Origin: Octopus bimaculoides
Taxonomy: Eukaryota
Assembly (NCBI RefSeq): GCF_001194135.2
Contig: NC_068995.1
Span: 39,161,497-39,225,496, forward strand
DNA length: 64,000 nt
Direction: 5' to 3'
Shown: positions 62,605 to 64,000 of the stretch, piece after piece
Numbering within the stretch: position 1 is the stretch's first letter
Layout: each line of letters begins with the position of its first letter
The notes under the pieces: model-generated
What the model was told of the DNA's origin: nothing
What the model saw: the letters and a program-made list of their open reading frames with translations, nothing else
The model's database searches: none
Program-made: the position numbers and the translations under genes

Positions 62605-62674
<70 letters not shown>

Positions 62675-62745
62675 NNNNNNNNNNATTATTATTATTATTA
62701 TTATAATTATAATTATAACTATAATGATGATAATAATAATAATAG
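62492..62745. repeat. (AAT)n/(ATT)n microsatellite with a 10-N gap
   Basis: Seen directly. It abuts the acceptor of the 62487 exon. Confidence 0.95.
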
Positions 62746-62789
62746 TTTCAAATTTTGGCTGAAGACCGGTTATTTTGTGGAATTCATAT

Positions 62790-63110
62790 GACAATGCCTA
62801 CTGATGGAAACATCTTAGCAAAGAATTTGAAAAACTATCGAAATATAAGGACCACGAGATTGAGATGTCTAAGACGTGCCAATTAAAAGTCAAAACCATT
62901 TATGTTGTTGTAGGTGCCCTGGGAATGATCAAGGAAGGTACTGACACATTTTTTGACCAGATACTTGGGAAACCAATATTCTATGAGACTCAAAATATTT
63001 TGTTGACATCAACCGCCTACATTCTCTCGAAGTTTCTTTCAATCTAATATATTCGTGCCTTAGGTCTCTAGTTGAGACCCTGTCGGAAGATGAAATGAAA
63101 TGCAAATCAA
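62790..63110 (+). mobile_element. R4/Dong-clade LINE 3' end (restriction-like endonuclease C-terminus)
   Basis: EKLSKYKDHEIEM (after a frameshift), then KTIYVVVGALGMIK...LLTSTAYILSKFLSI*. Confidence 0.8.
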
Positions 63111-63429
63111 TCAGTAAATATTCATAACAACAACAGCGACAAAAGTCTGAAGAAAATGACTAATGATTTATCAGTGTTCGTTTCGTGTATGATTATATTT
63201 AAAAAGAAACATTTAAACAATAATCGGAGGTTCAATGAATACTTTTCAACAGATTATCATATGTAGAAGGAAATGATTGTAAACCACTTCTAATTTCCGT
63301 TAGTTGTAGATGTATCAGGCTTCAATATAAAATAAATTCATCGTGCATAATAAATATTCTGAGACAATAGATTATAGACAGTCAGACAGAGCCGTAAATG
63401 AGCAGATACATGCGTGCGGCATATATATT

Positions 63430-63985
63430 TACCTGTTTTAGGTTTTAGTTAATGAAAATTTGTAGGTTCATTTTTTATATTGGCATAGAGTTACATTATA
63501 TTTTACATAGAGATACATTTTTAAATAGGCACACTTCGCTTTCAGCGTTTCGGCATAGCTCTTAATATTTTCTCAACTTATCTGCAAGAGTCCATCACTA
63601 CGTCTTCGTTCAAATTGCTCCATTAGGTCTGAAGAGCTTCTCTCAGCTCTGGCACAGTTTTTGACAAGTCAGCCTGGCCTCGTCTAAGCCCTAGTATCAA
63701 TCTTTTGAAATTTGTAAGATGGCACAGATAGGAAAGCGATGTTTCGTGCATTTCTTCCTCAGGTGCGCCAGACCCGAAAGACCACTTGCGATGTTGTGGT
63801 ACGGTTTGAATGAAGAGGTGATAAGCACGTCATGCACATCAGTTGAGAAAAGATTAAGAGCTATAATGGTAGCAAAAAGTGCTCCTTTTGAAACTTAAAT
63901 ATATGCAAAATATTGTCAATAAATATAACCATCAACTAATAAAATTCCATTAACTAAAGTGTAATGAAAATCAATTTTATGACAA
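63430..63985. mobile_element. Fold-back Tc1/mariner relic built from two inverted 3' ends
   Basis: Plus strand LNEEVISTSCTSVEKRLRAIMVAKSAPFET*. Minus strand KTVPELREALQT*WSNLNEDVVMDSCR*VEKILRAM. A 22-bp inverted pair at 63557-63578 and 63841-63862 has 1 mismatch. Confidence 0.65.
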
Positions 63986-64000
63986 TATATATATATATAT

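Noticed and set aside
3938-62794. Many long ORF-track entries rich in IYIY, CVCV, HTHT, LSIY, poly-L/M or X
   Set aside because: They are translations of microsatellites and N gaps, not genes.
62492-63110. Site-specific insertion of the Dong-like LINE into a (TAA)n repeat
   Set aside because: The fragment is separated from the repeat by what looks like a SINE tail (reverse complement caaaatttgaaactattatt), and its own 3' end has no TAA run.

Overview
AT-rich, microsatellite-dense animal genomic DNA with many N gaps, most of them flanked by (TA)n. The SINE families and repeat landscape suggest an octopus or other coleoid cephalopod (inference). The only host gene I can support is a minus-strand ECT2L-like RhoGEF (DH domain). 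Eight GT-AG exons between 62487 and 13050 (924 nt, 308 codons) splice into one open frame. Its 5' exons lie beyond the window, and its PH/3' exons were not found (in a gap, beyond position 1, or diverged). Nearly all other sequence is intronic and holds decayed mobile DNA: a hAT transposase relic, two full-length mariner relics, two fold-back mariner derivatives, several MITEs, Tx1, RTE and R4/Dong LINE fragments, Penelope-like fragments and many tRNA-derived SINEs. Items most worth checking: two minimal hammerhead-ribozyme-like motifs that share a non-canonical core base; a duplicated exon-like module with third-position-biased substitutions; a triplicated, partly inverted block with exon-like neighbours; and a 65% GC foreign-looking insert that splits a SINE next to a gap. 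No CRISPR, rRNA or bona fide tRNA gene was seen. Repeat boundaries are approximate (about +/-20 bp) unless a TIR or TSD is quoted.
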